Assembly (NCBI GenBank): GCA_965287045.1
Contig: OZ336870.1
Location: forward strand, 71,858,001 to 71,922,000
Direction: 5' to 3'
Length of the DNA: 64,000 nt
Source of the DNA: Carcharhinus amblyrhynchos
Lineage: Eukaryota
Below, in pieces: positions 62,905-64,000 of the stretch (position 1 is the first letter of the stretch; each line of letters begins with the position of its first letter). Below the pieces are notes generated by a model, which had not been told where the DNA came from, made no database searches, and saw nothing but the letters and a program-made list of their open reading frames with translations. The position numbers and the translations under genes are program-made.

Positions 62905-63930
62905 AACAAATAGAAGCAGAAGACCACATGGTCCATCTAGCTTTCAATACCACACAACACGATTATGGCTGATATTGGGCTTCAGTGTGACTTTCCAGCC
63001 TGCTCGCTATTTATCTTGATTCCCTGAGAGACCAAAAATCTGTCTACCTCAGCCTTAAACATATTAAATGATCACACATCCACAATCATTTGGATTAATT
63101 CCCAAGATTCATAACCCTTTGAATAAAAAAATCTTTCTTCATCTAAGTCTTAAATAATCATCCCCTTAGTCGGAAACTGCGTCCCCTTCTTCTAGACAGT
63201 CAGCCAGGGAAAACAAACTCTCACATCGAGATTCTATAGCCTCCCTGCACTGCTTTCTCAGCAGCGGGAAGCCATATGCCATTGGCCAGCAGCAGGATCT
63301 TCTGGTTCTGCTCGCTATCAATGGGATTCCCCGTTGTCACAACCCCATTTTCATTGGGAAATACACAGCAAAGGTGCACTGTTAGTGGGACCAGAAGATC
63401 CCACCGGCATGAAGGTCCGGAAGATGGTGAGCTCAGTTGTCTACCCTGTCAAATCCCCTTCGAATCTTGAAAATTTTAGTGAGGTCACCAATCATTCTTC
63501 TAATTACATGGGGAAGGCAGACCCAGTTTACCCAGCCTCTGATCTGAAAGACCAATTGCTGTATTGCCTCTAATACAAGTATATCCTTATTTAAATATGA
63601 TCACTAAAATTGCAAACGGTACTGCATGTCTCATCGCAACAAATCCCTTCACCTGTTATCGTAAAAATTATTTATTCTTGTGTTCCAATCCCATTGCAAT
63701 AAAAGGCCAGCATGCCATTTGTTTTCTTTATTGCATGCTATTTCCTGCTTGCTAATTACTTCTATCACTTTTATGAGTGCACAGAAGTTTTCCTGAACAG
63801 CACCATTTACAAACTTTAGGCTTTTTAACCAGTTTTTTCTACCTGGTCCAATGACCAAAGTGAATAAGCTCACACTTCCCACATTAGTGAACCGATCTAC
63901 ATTTCTCTGCAGCCTCTTTGTCCTCCTCAA
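62905..63930 (-). mobile_element. Old CR1 fragment with nested MITE (~63228-63420)
   Basis: aaatagaagcagaagacc tail; TKRLQRNVDRF; cccattgcaataaaaggccagcatgccatt. Confidence 0.7.
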
Positions 63931-64000
63931 AGCTTATGAACAAAATTCTCCACCACCTCACAGCCGCGTGTTTCCTACCTGCTGGAGGTGGCACGCTGTT

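Overview
Repeat-dense vertebrate DNA with no host protein-coding exon that I can recognise. The repeat content (many HE1/V-SINE-like tRNA-derived SINEs, CR1-clade LINEs, a Deu-domain SINE) points to an elasmobranch (shark/ray) intron or gene desert; this is inference. Contents: many CR1 LINE fragments (one 5' half with an esterase ORF1; a young RT family in four copies), RTE, Rex1/Babar-like, L2 and Penelope-like fragments, Harbinger-like elements/MITEs, solo LTRs, and a decayed but structurally complete Ty1/copia (GalEa-like) retrotransposon at 46874-52227. The most unusual object is at 2932-3459. There, one 18-19 bp site occurs three times and brackets two poly(A)-tailed retro-insertions. 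One is a ~300 bp non-coding element that starts with a perfect U2 snRNA fragment, contains a second U2-like segment, and has tandem covarying hairpins. Family names come from remembered motifs, not database searches. Boundaries of old repeats are approximate.
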